Origin: Octopus sinensis
Taxonomy: Eukaryota
Reading direction: 5' to 3'
NCBI RefSeq assembly: GCF_006345805.1
Contig: NC_043009.1
Span: forward strand, 63,922,001-63,986,000
Length of the DNA stretch: 64,000 nucleotides
Within the stretch, counting starts at the first letter, position 1, and each line of letters opens with the position of its first letter. This document shows positions 39,775 to 51,960 of the stretch, piece after piece. The notes under the pieces were generated by a model that saw only the letters and a program-made list of their open reading frames with translations, was not told where the DNA came from and searched no databases. The translations under genes and the position numbers were made by a program.

Positions 39775-40004
39775 GGTATGTATGTGTGTGTGTATATGTT
39801 TGAGTGTCTGTGTTTGTCCCCCCAACATTGCTTGACAACCGATGCTGGTGTGTTTACGTGCCCGTAATTTAGTGGTTCGGCAAAAGAGACCGATAGAATA
39901 AGTGCTAGGCTTACAAAAAATAAGTCCTGGGGTCGATTTGCCCGAATAAGGCGGTGCTCCAGCATGGCCGTAGTCAAAATGACTGAAACAAGTAAAAGAG
40001 TAAA
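39566..40004 (+). mobile_element. Full-length tRNA-derived SINE with internal (TA)n/(TG)n
   Basis: A-box-like TGGGTGTGTGG, B box GGTTCAGTCCC, GTAAAAGAG tail; related copies or fragments near 3342-3715, 21865-22050, 28195-28390, 42270-42430, 58578-58850. Confidence 0.85.
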
Positions 40005-41334
40005 TGACCATCCCAAAATATAGCAATAATATACTTTAACCTTTATACATTTAAACTGACCATATCAGGCCCAAATATTTTACATTTTCTATGTTCAAAC
40101 TAGTCATATTCAGCCTTTCACACCTACCCTACAATGTCATTCTAAACATAAACAATGACATCATCAAAATCTTGAAGCTACAAGAAAATGCAAGTTCAAA
40201 ACAATGTGAATCAATAAGCTTTGCATTTTGACAATATAATCTGAATGCTAAAGGGTTAAAAGACCATCTTGTATGTTTTGGCTTGGAAAACCAGATGTTA
40301 GAGCCACAAAGATATTGCTTTTAAAGAAAGAACTGCCTTAGGAGTATTATAAGCCATGGGGAAACCAGTGCACTGGGTGGGGCCTAGTATTTATTTATTG
40401 ACAACAAGACCTGGCAAATAAAGTGAGTTAACAGTTGTAACCTAGACCAGTGTTGCATAACCAGCCCACACAAAAGTACCTTGGATCATAGGGCAACATG
40501 CCATGCTTGAGGAGACCTATTGAGTCAAGTACATCAACATCAATATCAAAATCAAATCAAATGGAAATTGTAGTTGTGACCCCCATGCCGCTAGCACATA
40601 AAAAGCACCAACCAAACATGGCCAAGGCCAGTGCCCCTTTGACTGGCTTTTGTGCCAGTGGCACATAAAAAGCACCATCTGATCGTGGTCGATGCCAGCT
40701 CCTCTGGCCCCAGTGCTGGTGGCATGTAAAAAGCACCCACTATACTCTTGGAGTAGTTGGCATTAGGAAGGGCATCCAGCTGCAGAAACACTGCCAGATC
40801 AGATTGGGGCCTGGTGCAGCCTCCTGGCTTCCCAGACCCCAGTCAAACCGTCCAACCCATGCCAGCATGGAAAGCGGACGCTAAACGATGATGATGATGG
40901 AACCACAACAGCAACAACTCCATCTGTTATGACGACGAGGGTTCCAGTTGATCTGATCAATGGTACAGCCTACTCACAAAATTAATAGTGCAAGTGACTG
41001 AGTACTCCACAGATGAGTCTAAGACATTTACTGAGCGTACTGGGTGCTTTTTACCTGGTGGTGGACAGGTCTTCTTAACTGCAATGATGCACATCTTGGT
41101 CCTTTGTCATCCTCTCTGTAAAGGGTCAGCATTTTGAGATTGACCTTCATTACTTCATCTCATGTCTTCCTGGGTCTCCCCCTTCCACAACTTCCATCCA
41201 CTTTCAGTGATCAGCACTTCTTTATGTTTCAAGTGATCAGTATACAAAATCAGGAATGGTAAAAATACCTTTCACATTGCACCAACAGTTTCTTAACCAA
41301 ATTAGTCACACAATATTATAAAATTGTAATTTAC

Positions 41335-41431
41335 CTGTAAATTCTTTTTCTGTAAGATCTGAAAATTTTGTGATTCCAAACTGTGCACCATCAGAAAAGA
41401 CTTCCATCGTTGACACTTTTTTCACATTTTG
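41335..41431 (-). CDS. CTSO: Cathepsin O-like, exon 2 (propeptide, AQFGITKFSDLTEKEF)
   Basis: TTGTAG|CAAAAT...TTTACAG|GTAAAT; 97 nt; QNVKKVSTMEVFSDGAQFGITKFSDLTEKEFT contains the GxN/TxFxD propeptide motif. Confidence 0.92.
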
Positions 41432-43692
41432 CTACAATGGCGGCAGAAGCCAAAAAAAAATATATATATAAATATCAAATGGATATTAGTAACAAAATAT
41501 ACAATAGAGGTTTTAATATTTACCACAAGGCCAGGGTGGTGAGCTGGCAGAGATGTTAGCATGCTGGGTGAAATGATTAGCAGTATTTCATCTGTCTTTA
41601 AGTTCTTAGTTCAAATTCTGCCAATGGTCAACTGTGCTTTTCATCCTTCCGAGGTTGATAAATTAAGTACCAGTGGCATACTGGGGTAGATCTGATCTTC
41701 TGACCTAAGTAGAATCTTTATTTAAGAACAGAATCTTTCTTGCAGATATAATAATGTCCATGTCTAAGACTTTTATGTTGCAGTATCTTCAGACAAAACC
41801 TTTACATTCTGAGTTCAAATTCCACCAAGGTTGACTTTGCCTTTCATCCTTCCGGGGTTGATTAAATAAGTACCGGTTACACAGTGGGGTCGATGTAATC
41901 GACTTAATCCCTTTGTCTGTCCTTGTTTTTTTCCCCTCTATGTTTGGACCCCTGAGGGCAATAAAGAAATAAATATTTTTAAACCAGCAAATTACTGCAC
42001 TGCTCTTCTTCCATTGTTTTGGTCTGCTTATCTTTCTAATGTTTTTATTAATCTTACTTTAAAATTCTCTTGCTAATCAGTACTATACCTGTTTCAGCTG
42101 GATTAATTAGCTACCATTTTGGATTAGAGGTAAAAATTTCTTTGTAGCCTTTATGTGTGATGTACACCTGAGGCCATATATACATATGTGAAGATGGTGT
42201 GCTGGTAGAATTGTTAGCATGCCCATTGGTTGTCAAGCAACAGCAGGGAAGAAATACACACACACACATATATGATGGGCTTCTTTCAGCTTCCATGCAC
42301 CAAATCCACTCACAAGGCTTTGGTCAGTCTGAGGGTATAGCAGAAGACACGTTACCCAAGGTGGAACACAGTGGGACTGAACTAGGAGCCATATGGTTAG
42401 GAAGCAAGCTTTTTACCACACAGCCATGTGTGTGCCTCGTGCTGTGCCTACATTATTTCTCAAATCCCTTATCAGTTTAATATTCAATGGACTGCAATGT
42501 CATAGATCTCCTTCAATAAAGACAACACCTCGACAATAGTCTAATATCAGATATATTCCCTGCTATTTTGTTTAACAAGTCAGCCTTCTGTTTTTGCCCA
42601 CTTCACCATGAAAAGAGATCAGCTGCTCTCGTTAATAATAGACAGCTGAACAAGAGGACTTCAAATAGTTTTGTTAATATTAATCATATGACAACTCTTC
42701 AACAAAATATTACCTTTTCAGAAATATGACCTCATTTACACCTACGTTTATCATCATTATCATCAGCATGATGTTTTTACATTCATTTGTCAGGCTGATA
42801 TGGAACATGGACTAATTAATATAGTGTTATTATTAACCCATAAAGTGCTGAGATTTGCACTTTCATAGCATGAACTGCTGAGCACATTTTATGAAAATGA
42901 GACTACCATGCACACATAAAAAATTAAAAAATAGCATCGCCTTACTGGCACTTGTACCAGTGGCACGTGAGAAAACATTCGAGTGAGGTCGTTGCCAGTG
43001 CCACTGGACTGGCTCCTGTGCAGGTGGCACATAAAAAGCACCATTTGAGCGTGGATGTTGCTAGTACTGCCTGACTGGCTCCTGTGACAGTGGCATGTAA
43101 AAAGCACTCACTTCACTCTCGGAGTGGTTGGCGTTAGGAAGGACATCCAGCTGTAGAAACTCTGCCAGATCAGATTGGAGCCTGATGCAGCCATCAGGTT
43201 CACCAGTCCTCAATCAAATCGTCCAACCCATGCTAGCATGGGAAGCGGACGTGCCTCAACAGGTCTTTGCAAGCATAGTTTATTGTCCAATGATTGAAGG
43301 GTACTCTTAAATGGGCCATGGGTTATGGTCTCACTTAGCTTGCCGGGTCTTCTCAAGTACAGCATATCTCCAAAGGCCTCGGTCACTTGTCATTGCCACG
43401 GTGAGGCCCAATGTTCGAAGGTCATGCTTCAGCACCTCATTCCAGGTCTTCCTGGGTCTACCTCTTCTGCAGGTTCCCTAATTTGCAACACATGACCAAC
43501 AAAATACTTTCTTGAGACAACTACCAGTTTTCTGGCTTTCTACAGTATATCCACATTTAGTAGGATATACAGAATGCTAGTATAATATTCATTTGTCTTC
43601 CTTCGTTTTCTCTTCCTAAGTTGGCTGGTTCTAATCCCACCAATGTTTTCCACTTGTTGCAGTCATTTGACACATATAACAACAGAGGAAAA

Positions 43693-43864
43693 TACCATGT
43701 TAATTATGGACATCAACCCTTCCATAGTTCTGATGTACCATGTTAATTATGGACATCAACCCTTCCATAGTTCTGATGTACCATGTTAATTATGGACATC
43801 AACCCTTCCATAGTTCTGATGTACCATGTTAATTATGGACATCAACCCTTCCATAGTTCTGATG
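43693..43864 (+). repeat. Four perfect tandem copies of a 43-bp unit
   Basis: TACCATGTTAATTATGGACATCAACCCTTCCATAGTTCTGATG starting at 43693, 43736, 43779, 43822. Confidence 0.97.
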
Positions 43865-44514
43865 TCCTTCGTTGCCACCAGCTTTACAATATGGACTGAG
43901 TAAATGTTCTTATGCCACTGGCACCAGAGAGGTTGTCTGTCAAGATTGACCTTTTAGCATTCAGATTTCTCTGCCAAATGTAATGCATAATTACAAACAT
44001 TGTTTTGAATTTAATCATGCATTATTGCATACCTTCAGTATTTTGACAATGCGGTAGTTTATTTTTAGAATGACATAGCAGGGTAGGTAGAAGAAGCTAG
44101 ATCTGGCTGGTCCCTTAACATAAAACAGATGGAATATTTGGGCTGGTTATGCCCGGTTTGAATGATAAAGGGTCAAAGAGCTCCTGTACCTTAGCTGTCA
44201 GTAAGTTGTAAATAAAGGAATTTGAAAAGACATGAAGGAGAAAGGTGGAAGATGTTCAAACCATTATTAATGTAGATAATAATAATAATAATAATAATAA
44301 TGAAATTATTGTATACAGTGCTCAGGTGCACCACAACTTGTCAAAAGTGTGTATAAAGAACATGCAATAATGTACAAATGTCTGGAAAGTGAACAGTGTA
44401 TGAGTCAGATACATGCTTGTGTGTGTATGGAGGGGAGAAAATCAGGTGTAGTGTTGGCAAATGATACTCTATCTATTGTATGACATGAGAATAGTGAGTA
44501 GTAGAGAGTGATAC

Positions 44515-44832
44515 GGAGGTGCAATGGCCCAGTGGTTAGGGCAGCGAACTCGCGGTCGGAGGATCATGGTTTCGATTCCCAGACCGGGCGTTGTGTGAGT
44601 TTATTGAGCGAAAACACCTAAGGCTCCACGGGGCTCTAGCAGGGGGTGGAGGCCAACCCTGTTGTACTTTTTCGCCCCAACTTTCACTCTTTCTTCCTGT
44701 TTCTTGAGTAATGTTGCGATGGACTGGCATCCCATCCAGCTGGGAGGGGGGGACACATATGCCATAGAAACCGGGAAACCAGGCCCATGAGCTTGGCTAG
44801 GCTTGAAAAGGGCACATAAAAGAAATAATAAA
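44515..44832 (+). mobile_element. tRNA-derived SINE with V-domain-like core
   Basis: TGGCCCAGTGG A box, GGTTTCGATTCCC B box, central GCGATGGACTGGCATCCCATCCAG, A-rich tail; CpG retained. Confidence 0.7.
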
Positions 44833-45619
44833 ATAGAGTGATACAAGAACGGTACTCTACTGTATGATATCGGAATGGTAGTGTGGAGTGACAAGAGTAT
44901 GCCCTGCTACTTGGGTGACACAAGAAAAATACAGTTTGGTATGACAAGTGGCTGGGACACACTAAATACAAACAGAACACAAATTTTAATATTTGTTCAA
45001 ATACTAAACCACCTCAGATATAGACAATGCATTTTTAAAAAATGATTTGCTGATAAGGAAATTATTACAAGATTACCAATTGTACAATGACTTCTGTATC
45101 TCAAATTCACTATTTTTTTTATCACTAAAATATTTATCAGGTGTGTTAAATTTTGCAGTGTGTGCGTGTGTATGTGTTTTATGCGAGTTTGTAAAATAGT
45201 TTCAGGAAAAGAGAATCGCGGTATATAATATAACCATAGATTGAAAAAATTAATCAAAACAAAGACTTTTGCTGTAACAACCATGTCAAAACAAACTTTT
45301 AACAATAACACTGACTCAACCTAGATAGATAGATAGAATAGTGCCTTCAACTTAAACTGCAAAGAGACAGAGAGAAAAGCTGGAATTCAAACAAGCGAGT
45401 AACACAGCCTGAATCAGCAAAAATTAAAGCTTGCAGAACTGGAGCCATTTGACAGCTGTGATGGACAGATTCTCATATTCCAATGGGACTTTTCTGAGGA
45501 GGAAATCTGATCGAAACGTTAGAATTAACATTTTCTTTAAGACAAACTAACTTATTTGGTTAAATAGGAGGGTGACGGGGCAAGCGTACTTAATGAAACA
45601 AACCATCAAATTTTGGTAA

Positions 45620-46585
45620 CACCCGCACGATTTTCACTAAATAAAAAATTTTAAAAACTCGGAATTTTTTTGCGTGGAGTCAAGTACCCTGACCTCCTAA
45701 TATGCTGCAAAAACCCTTTTTGGGGTCCGAAAAACGGGGTGGGGTGAGGTGGAAGCCTCGGAAATTTCATCCCCCACCCACATTGATCTTTTCACCAGCA
45801 CAATTTTCACTAAGGAAAAAAAAAAAAAAACTCGAATTTTTTGCGTGGAATCAAGTACCCTGACTGGCAAACCCCTTATTTTGGTTCGGAAAAAAAGGGA
45901 GAGGGGAGACCCCCCTCCCTTTTTTACCGAACTAAAATAAGGGATTTGCAGCATATTAGGAAGTCAGGGTACTTGATTCAACGCAAAAAAAATCTGAGTT
46001 TTTTTTTTTCTTAGTGAAAATCGTGATTACCCAAATTTTAATTAATCAAGATTACATTTGAGTGATGAAGAGGTTAAAAATCCTTTTAATGATCCAAATC
46101 TTTTTGGTGTAGTAAGCTTGAGGGTTTACAACTACATCGATAAAAACTTAGATAAGGAGCCACCCTGGACATTCAATAGGATAGCCGTGTGTGTGTGTGA
46201 ACATTAGATGGGGTAGGAGGGGGGTAACTTTTTCTTACTGGGTGGAGTTTCAAAACAAACTCCAAGGGGTCAGGAAGGACTTTCACACGATCCGATGTTT
46301 TCTTGTTTTTCACACTTTTTTTTTTTTGTGGCCAGGTGTTAAAGTAAACATTGACCAATGTATTTCTGTAAAATGTTGGGAGTGGGTGAAATTTCCGAGG
46401 CTTCGAACTCACCCCACCCCGTTTTCCGGACCCCAAAACAAGGGTTTTGTAGCATATTAGGAAGACACCCGAATTCATTCAACAAAAAAAAAAAAATTTC
46501 TAATGATCCTGGGATATAGGGGGAGGGGCGGTTTCCCCACTCCTTTTTTTTTCCGAACAAAAATAAGGAGCTTGCAGCATAATTA
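45620..46585. repeat. Complex foldback element with nested direct and inverted repeats (CTSO intron 1)
   Basis: About 90-bp inverted arms (45625-45715 and 45940-46025), internal direct copy, central hairpin, second inverted module at 46375-46580. Confidence 0.7.
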
Positions 46586-46828
46586 GTATGTATAAGTTAT
46601 TGGAATCTGAACAAATTCCGGAAATTTTGGTTGGGGGTCGGCTATTCCGAATCTCTACTCCTTGTAGTCACTCCAATTAATAATATCGATTAATCCCATC
46701 AATCAAATCACTTACATGAAAATATACTTATTAATCAATCACCTTATTACTAGCAGACACTCATCGAACTATTCTCAATCGAATGACCAGGAAAAAGTAA
46801 TTTCATTTTTTCACACCAGATTTCTTAC

Positions 46829-47017
46829 CTTGAATATAATAAACCTATGATTGAACTCCGCTGTGTCGTTTATATACGATTTGTTGTATTTCTTGACAAA
46901 TGTTTTAAATAGGAAATAATAATCCTCTTCTGATGGTAAGACATTCTTGGCAGTACAGTAAATCGCCGCAAAACACAATAAAAACGAAAAGATCGTCGGT
47001 GGGATAAGAGACGACAT
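46829..47017 (-). CDS. CTSO: Cathepsin O-like cysteine protease, exon 1 (signal peptide and start of I29 propeptide)
   Basis: ATG at 47017; MSSLIPPTIFSFLLCFAAIYCTAKNVLPSEEDYYFLFKTFVKKYNKSYINDTAEFNHRFIIFK; hydrophobic N-terminus; donor AAG|GTAAGA; 189 nt, phase 0. The nine exons join to 1041 nt (346 aa plus stop) with all phases compatible. Confidence 0.9.
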
Positions 47018-47317
47018 TTCTCTCACTCAAATGTTGAAATGAAAATATCTTCCTGCATCTCATTCAAGCAATATTTAACCTATGACCTTTGACATGAACC
47101 GGAACTACATTACAATCTTACCGGGCAGTTGTTGTTTTTTAATTATAAAAAAATATTTGATTATTTTTCTTTTTAAATACATAATAAATTTTATAAATTT
47201 TTAATTAAGATCAAACACTTTTTAAAATAATTAATAATGTGATTAACAACCAGAATAAATATTTTTATCTCGCACTAACTGACTGCGCCGGTTTCTCTTA
47301 AACTTTACATCGCGAAG
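47018..47317. promoter_or_regulatory. Shared bidirectional promoter region of CTSO-like and RPS3
   Basis: 300 bp between divergent ATGs; locally CpG-enriched; TGACCTTTGAC (47083-47093), ACCGGAA ETS-like (47098-47104), AACTACA (47103-47109). Factor assignments are inference. Confidence 0.7.
47292..47299 (+). promoter_or_regulatory. Candidate TCT initiator / 5'TOP tract of RPS3
   Basis: TTTCTCTT about 20 nt upstream of the RPS3 ATG, as expected for a ribosomal protein gene. Confidence 0.55.
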
Positions 47318-47350
47318 ATGAACGTAAAACAGATATCTAAAAAGAGAAAA
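47318..47350 (+). CDS. RPS3: 40S ribosomal protein S3 (uS3), exon 1
   Basis: ATG AAC GTA AAA CAG ATA TCT AAA AAG AGA AAA|GTACGT = MNVKQISKKRK; matches the N-terminus preceding FVADG. Confidence 0.93.
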
Positions 47351-49235
47351 GTACGTGGATTTATAATTAAACATGTTTTATTTTTTATCAAATTTATTCT
47401 ATTTTATGTTTGAGAGATTGTAGATTATCGCTGATAATTTTAATATTCCTTTCATCCTGTCGTTGTTGCGATGTTTACAGATTTCCTCGCGATTCTCGAT
47501 TTCACATGGCAATGAAATATTTCTCTTGAAACTTTCCTCTTTGAAATATCTATCTTCTATCTTCTACCTTTAATTAACTCCAATATTACTCAGACTAATC
47601 TATTCTAATTATGAAAGTACTTTTGTTTAAATACTTGCAATATTTAATAATGTTTTTGAGTCGCCGATTCTTGGCGATCCATAATTAACATGTTTTTTTA
47701 ATTAATTAATTCCCTCCAGACTGAAGTGAGACGGAAATTTTGTAATATTTCTCACACTCTGAAGAAGCCACAGTTTGAAAATAGAAGCGCACCATTCTAT
47801 AAGTGATGATGTTTGGGCCCTGTTCACTCCTGATCAACTAGAGCTATAATCAAAGGCGTCCCAATCGTGACCGTCCTGTCTTTTTATATACCTAGACTAG
47901 AATTGCAATGTCCAGCCTGTTCTTTTCAAGAGAGAAGTGCTGCTTGGAGTTAGTAAAAATTTACCGCTTTTTCTTCCAGGTTGTGCTACCTGTAGCGAGA
48001 CAATTGACATTTCACGCTCACCTTTTCTTTTTGTAAATTTTAGAAAAAGTATCAGAAAGCATGTCGTTTCTTGTGTAGGATAATATCAGCATCGTCATTT
48101 AACGTCCGTTGTCTATGATGTCATGGGTTGGACAGTTTGACCAGAGTTGGGGAGCTGCCCCAGACTCCTTGTCTGATTTGATGGGGGGTCCCTACAGCTG
48201 GATGCCCTTCCTAATGCCAACCCCTTTACAGAGTGACGGGTACTTTTTACGTGGTACCCTCACCAGAGGGACCGGTTTTAACACTTGTGCTTCTGAGAGA
48301 GGGTCTTGTAGTACAGCAAGGCACCAGGTATCTCGGCCCTTCGACATCTCGTCTGAAAAGTTCTGCCTCCTGAGGTCGTTCTTCAAATATTTCATCCCAT
48401 GTAAAAATGTTGACAAATGCGTCAAATTCATTCCTTTGCAATGGTTTTACACTTTTGTATCTTTTTTTTCCCAACATCTCTAAAAGCTCCGTTTGTAATT
48501 CTTCCAAAACATTCAACATGGTTAGCGTGAATACCTGTTGGTGAGGCAACAAACCCCAACGAAGTATGGTTAGTGCCCTTTTCCTACCCCCATGAAGTAG
48601 GGATGGCTCCTGCAAACCTCCGCCAAGATTTTTATATACAAATAAAGATGACACATTTATTTGGTTCTCATTATTGTAAAAAAAACAGCAGTCCGAGTTG
48701 ATAGTAATGCCAGGTGTTATAAACGTCTCAGTAAATCATCGTACGTCCTTCTTTCGATGCTGGCATAGGTTGGAAGGTTCGAGAGGATCCGATGGGCCCA
48801 AGGACTGCATTATTCTCCATTGCTTGCTTAACATGGTTTCTACAGCTGGATGCCCTTTCTAGAGCCAACCCTTTTGCAGTGTAAAACTTGGTGCTTTTTG
48901 TGTGCTACCAGCATTGTTGAGGCTGCAATGCAGTTTGCAAAATCATCTTTATGCTAGAAGACAAGGGGTAAACTTTGAAGGGAAAAAAGTGGGCTTACAG
49001 TCATTCATTTACCTGCTGCATGAGACGGATCTGACACACATGCATATAGATTTTTTAAGAAGTATCAAAAAATTTTCCTAACCCATAGGCTCATAAGGCC
49101 AGTTCCGTGGGTTCTGTTGTGTGTATATGTATGTATGTGTATATATATATATATATATAGTTAATCCAAACATGAAAACACAACAACATGAGGACGTGGA
49201 ACAAATATAGTATTATTGGACGCTCAAGAAGGAAG

Positions 49236-49270
49236 GTTTTACGTTTCAAGTGGAGCTCTTCGTCAGAAAC
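49236..49270 (-). ncRNA. Minimal hammerhead, family 2, antisense in RPS3 intron 1
   Basis: Reverse complement GTTT-CTGACGA-A-GAGC-tcc-ACTT-GAA-ACGT-A-AAAC; core intact, stem II weakened. Confidence 0.55.
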
Positions 49271-49363
49271 AGGAAAAGGAAATATATATATATATACTCA
49301 CATATAGATGTAGGTATGTACATATATGTATTTATACATGCATATGTTTAAACATTATTTATG

Positions 49364-49398
<35 letters not shown>

Positions 49399-50127
49399 TT
49401 ATATATATTCCCTCCTGGGTAGGACACCAGTCTGTCACAAATTTACTCATTTTTGCCAGCTGAGTGAACTGGATCAACATGAAATGAAGTGTTTTTGCTC
49501 AAGAACACAATGTACCACCCAGTTAGAGAATCGAAACTACAATCTTACGATCGTGAGTTCAACACCCTAACCACTAAGTCATGTGCCTCCACACACACTC
49601 ACTATATGTATATACACAGTGGGGTAGAGAAGTTGGATGTTTTTGAAAAATTCACAAACTCATTAATTTTAGCTACAAACAAATTCTATTGACATCAATG
49701 GGTTTTTGTATTGAATTAGCGTTTGTCAAGAAAAAGTGTGGAAAACAACATCCATCATGTGGTGTCCGTTTTCATTGATGTATTTCTGAAGGTGTTCTTG
49801 GAAGTTAGTCTCCACTCTCTCCAGCATTGCTCTGTCAATTTGGGCAACTTCCATGTGAATAGCTTCCTTCAAATCATCCAGTGTATGGGGCTTATGGGCC
49901 ATTATTCTTCATGTGATGCTCTATCGTCCACAGTGCCATGGCTTCACCTGTAAAGAAAATAAAATGCTAAGACACCATGAACTGAATGGTACCTGTTGGA
50001 CATATGTCCCTCTCCCTGGGGCTGAGTAATAGCCATTCCAAAAACATCTGTCCTCTCTGCCTCACCCTGTATATATATGTAACTTGGAGGAGGGATATAA
50101 TATCCAGGCAGATACCGAATTTCTCTA

Positions 50128-50214
50128 CCCTGAAGAGATCATACTAATAATGCATAAATCGCTGCATGTGAATATGCAACAATATGCAGTTGGTGTGATC
50201 GAAACACGTGTCGG
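50128..50214 (+). ncRNA. Hammerhead-like motif, family 4, long stem II, weak stem I (RPS3 intron 1, sense)
   Basis: CTGAAGA (50130-50136), GATCATAC...GTGTGATC stem, GAA-ACACGTGT-C; only CC/GG pairs contiguously in stem I; element is flanked by (TA)n. Confidence 0.5.
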
Positions 50215-50304
50215 ACTATTATTATGAATAAACTTGCTGGAAATAAGCAGAAAGTTTGAATGTTCAAATTCTTCTTTCTCCTCATTCTCCTTATATATAT
50301 ATAT

Positions 50305-50712
50305 ATAGACTAGCAGTTAAGCCCGGTCTGTTTGGATGATGTGGCTATGATCATTTTCGGCTTGGCATAATCTGTAACAGCATTTCTTAACCTTATCATT
50401 TCGGGTCCCCTGTTTCGATTGGAGCCTCCAGCTGTATGAAAATTTCCTGACCCCACCCCATCAGAAAACAGCTTCTAAGCAACTGGTTGTTTTAATGGCG
50501 GAAGAAAGAGGGGAATTCCATTAGAAAAAGTTTTAATCGATTTTCTCGGTAAGTATGAGGGCTAGGAAAAAAAAATACAAACTGCATTCCGATCTATGCA
50601 CCCGTCTCCACATGTGTGCCATTTATCATGCGAATCCACCCAGCCGTTTGGCTGTGAACCTCAAGGCAAGAAAGGATGCAATGATTGCCCATGTCCAATT
50701 TATATTAGAGAT
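50305..50712 (+). mobile_element. Possible non-autonomous Helitron/Helentron-like element in (TA)n
   Basis: Begins ACTAGCAGTTAAGCCCGG, ends TATATTAGAGAT; classification by end motifs only. Confidence 0.35.
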
Positions 50713-50983
50713 ATATATACACATATCTATGTATATATATCACTTGATAATTTTTTTTAGGTTTTAGTGTTGCTTTGCGGTATGACTCCTGATCTACAAT
50801 TTTACAATAATTTGTGCACTTTGTATTTACATACACTCAGAACAATATGGTTTCCCTGTCTAAATCCTTTGTCTTTGTATATAAGACATGTGGTTGTGAA
50901 AGTATGATGTGTAGTTTATTAATAATGGTGGGTGTCTTATGAAGTATTTCTCACTAATTCACTTTTTGTCTTTTGATTTTCAG

Positions 50984-51208
50984 TTTGTGGCTGATGGTGT
51001 GTTCCGTGCCGAACTGAACAATTTCCTCATGAAGGAATTGTCAGAAGATGGCTACAGTGGTGTTGAAGTCCGTGTAACTCCCACCAGAACTGAGATCATT
51101 ATTTTGGCCACCAGAACCCAGAATGTTCTTGGAGAGAAAGGACGACGGATCAGAGAATTGACATCTGTTGTACAGAAACGGTTTCGTTTCCCAGAAGGTT
51201 CAGTCGAG
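50984..51208 (+). CDS. RPS3: RPS3 exon 2 (KH domain)
   Basis: TTTTCAG|TTTGTG...GTCGAG|GTAAGA; 75 aa [14 protein letters not shown]...[11 protein letters not shown]. Confidence 0.98.
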
Positions 51209-51642
51209 GTAAGATTTTCTGTTTTTTTTTTTGTCATAGAAAGTGGCAATCAATAATTTACTATTTTGTTAATGGGTGAAATAGATTTAGACTAAAACAA
51301 AACAAATATTACTTTGATTTATTGCAAAGCAAACAACTGTGTATATCTAAATATTAAATATTCAATATAATGCAAAGCAGTAAACTAGATTGAATATGAA
51401 TAAAAAAAGATGGTTGTGATAACATTGTAATGGTATGTAATGAGTGGTTAAATACGACACTAACGTACAAAATAATTTGCATAACAGTTTCTCTCTGTAG
51501 ACTGTGAAATGAGCAATTGCGAAAGGATGTGGGTTTTGTCTATTCATAATAGTCTTGTAAATACAGTTCTATATTTAAGAGATGAGGAATTATGTACATT
51601 ATTTACATTTGACGGATATTTGTCCTCATCTTGTTTGTTGTT

Positions 51643-51688
51643 AACACAACGTTTCAGCTGATTTACCCTCCAGCCTTCATCAGGTGTC
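51643..51688 (-). ncRNA. Minimal hammerhead ribozyme, core intact (G:U at base of stem II)
   Basis: Reverse complement GACAC-CTGATGA-A-GGCTG-gagggtaaat-CAGCT-GAA-ACGT-T-GTGTT. Confidence 0.68.
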
Positions 51689-51960
51689 TTGGGGATATTT
51701 CGAACCTGAGTTCTCATTCCTGAGGTATTTTTTGATATTATCATTATTAATTATTCAGGTCTTTGCCTGGAATTAAACTCGGAATCTTGGGGTTAGTAAC
51801 CTGTGTTCTTTACTACAGGCATATGGCATAGTGGTTAAGAGCGTGGGCTGCTAACCCCAAGATTCCGAGTTCGATTCCAAGCAGTGACCTGAATAATATT
51901 AATAACAATAACATCGAAAAATGCCTTAGGAATGAGAACCCAGGTTAAAAATTTCCCCAA

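Noticed and set aside
43693-43864. CRISPR-like regular repeat
   Set aside because: Units are directly adjacent with no spacers, there are no cas genes, and the context is a eukaryotic intron.
46811-47026. ORF start at 47026
   Set aside because: That codon is GTG; the first ATG in frame is at 47017 and gives a normal signal peptide.
51820-51892. Possible tRNA gene
   Set aside because: A and B boxes and an anticodon-like loop are present but there is no acceptor stem, and it is fused to a repeat body; treated as a SINE head.
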